DNA from: Blasia pusilla
Taxonomy: Eukaryota
NCBI GenBank assembly: GCA_050084515.1
Contig: CM114271.1
Span: 31,682,001-31,746,000 of the forward strand
Direction of reading: 5' to 3'
DNA length: 64,000 nt
Both the position numbers and the translations under genes were made by a program. Below the pieces are notes generated by a model. The model worked only from the letters and a program-made list of their open reading frames with translations. It made no database searches and was not told the DNA's origin. Below, piece after piece: positions 63,755-64,000 of the stretch (position 1 is its first letter; each line of letters starts with the position of its first letter).

Positions 63755-64000
63755 AAGAATTGAAGAAAGATGAAGAGGCACATTCAGCTCTGTTATCCCG
63801 ATTCAAGTTCAAACCTGCAAAGTGGACTTCTAATGAGAGGAGAGACACAAGAACAGATACACAAATCTGTTACACATGCAGGGAAAAGGGACATGTATCT
63901 TCTCAGTGCCCCAAGAACAAGAACTCCAAAATGAAGAAGAAATTCATCAAGAGATCCCACAAGGAGGGTGCAATGATTGCTGAGCATGTTGCAGATGCAA

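Larger units (their letters stand above)
62277..64000 (+). mobile_element. Ty1/copia family D: 5' LTR (~62277-63035), internal-tRNA-type PBS and gag; runs off the window
   Basis: TG start at 62277; PBS GGTTATGGGCCCA at 63036-63048; gag HFDGTNYRHWSFQMK, UBN2-like LGTLPPRFNTI and CCHC knuckle CYTCREKGHVSSQC. Confidence 0.85.

Overview
This is eukaryotic nuclear DNA from a land plant; the TE families suggest a bryophyte, lycophyte or fern lineage (inference). Two host genes bracket about 52 kb of nested mobile DNA. On the left is a spliced GH28 polygalacturonase (+, 1049-6440, first exon not found in the window). On the right is the 3' half of a RabF2/Rab5 GTPase (-, 59264-60346). Between and beyond them lie three related Ty1/copia elements (one LTR family), four further copia elements or relics, a ~180-bp satellite, a hAT MITE family with 8-bp TSDs, a probable mini-Helitron, a degenerate telomere-like tract and a short (ATTC)n-tailed retroposon. 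Two structures stand out. (1) A large degenerate Mutator-like (MULE) transposon at about 24-41 kb. Its spliced DDE transposase (zinc finger, DDE and SWIM) is neighboured by a coiled-coil/RING gene, a ParB/Srx-like-domain gene and a protein-kinase-like gene. Its non-coding parts (two introns and the divergent promoter) hold about 30 copies of a 29-bp palindrome, TGCAACCCGTCGGA-N-TCCGACGGGTTGCA. In one intron these copies form a CRISPR-like geometry of 29-bp repeats with 32-36-nt mostly dissimilar spacers. (2) A Ty3/gypsy-type retrotransposon carrying a C5 cytosine DNA methyltransferase domain, split by two copia insertions with exact TSDs. All protein-family calls come from manual motif recognition, not database searches.
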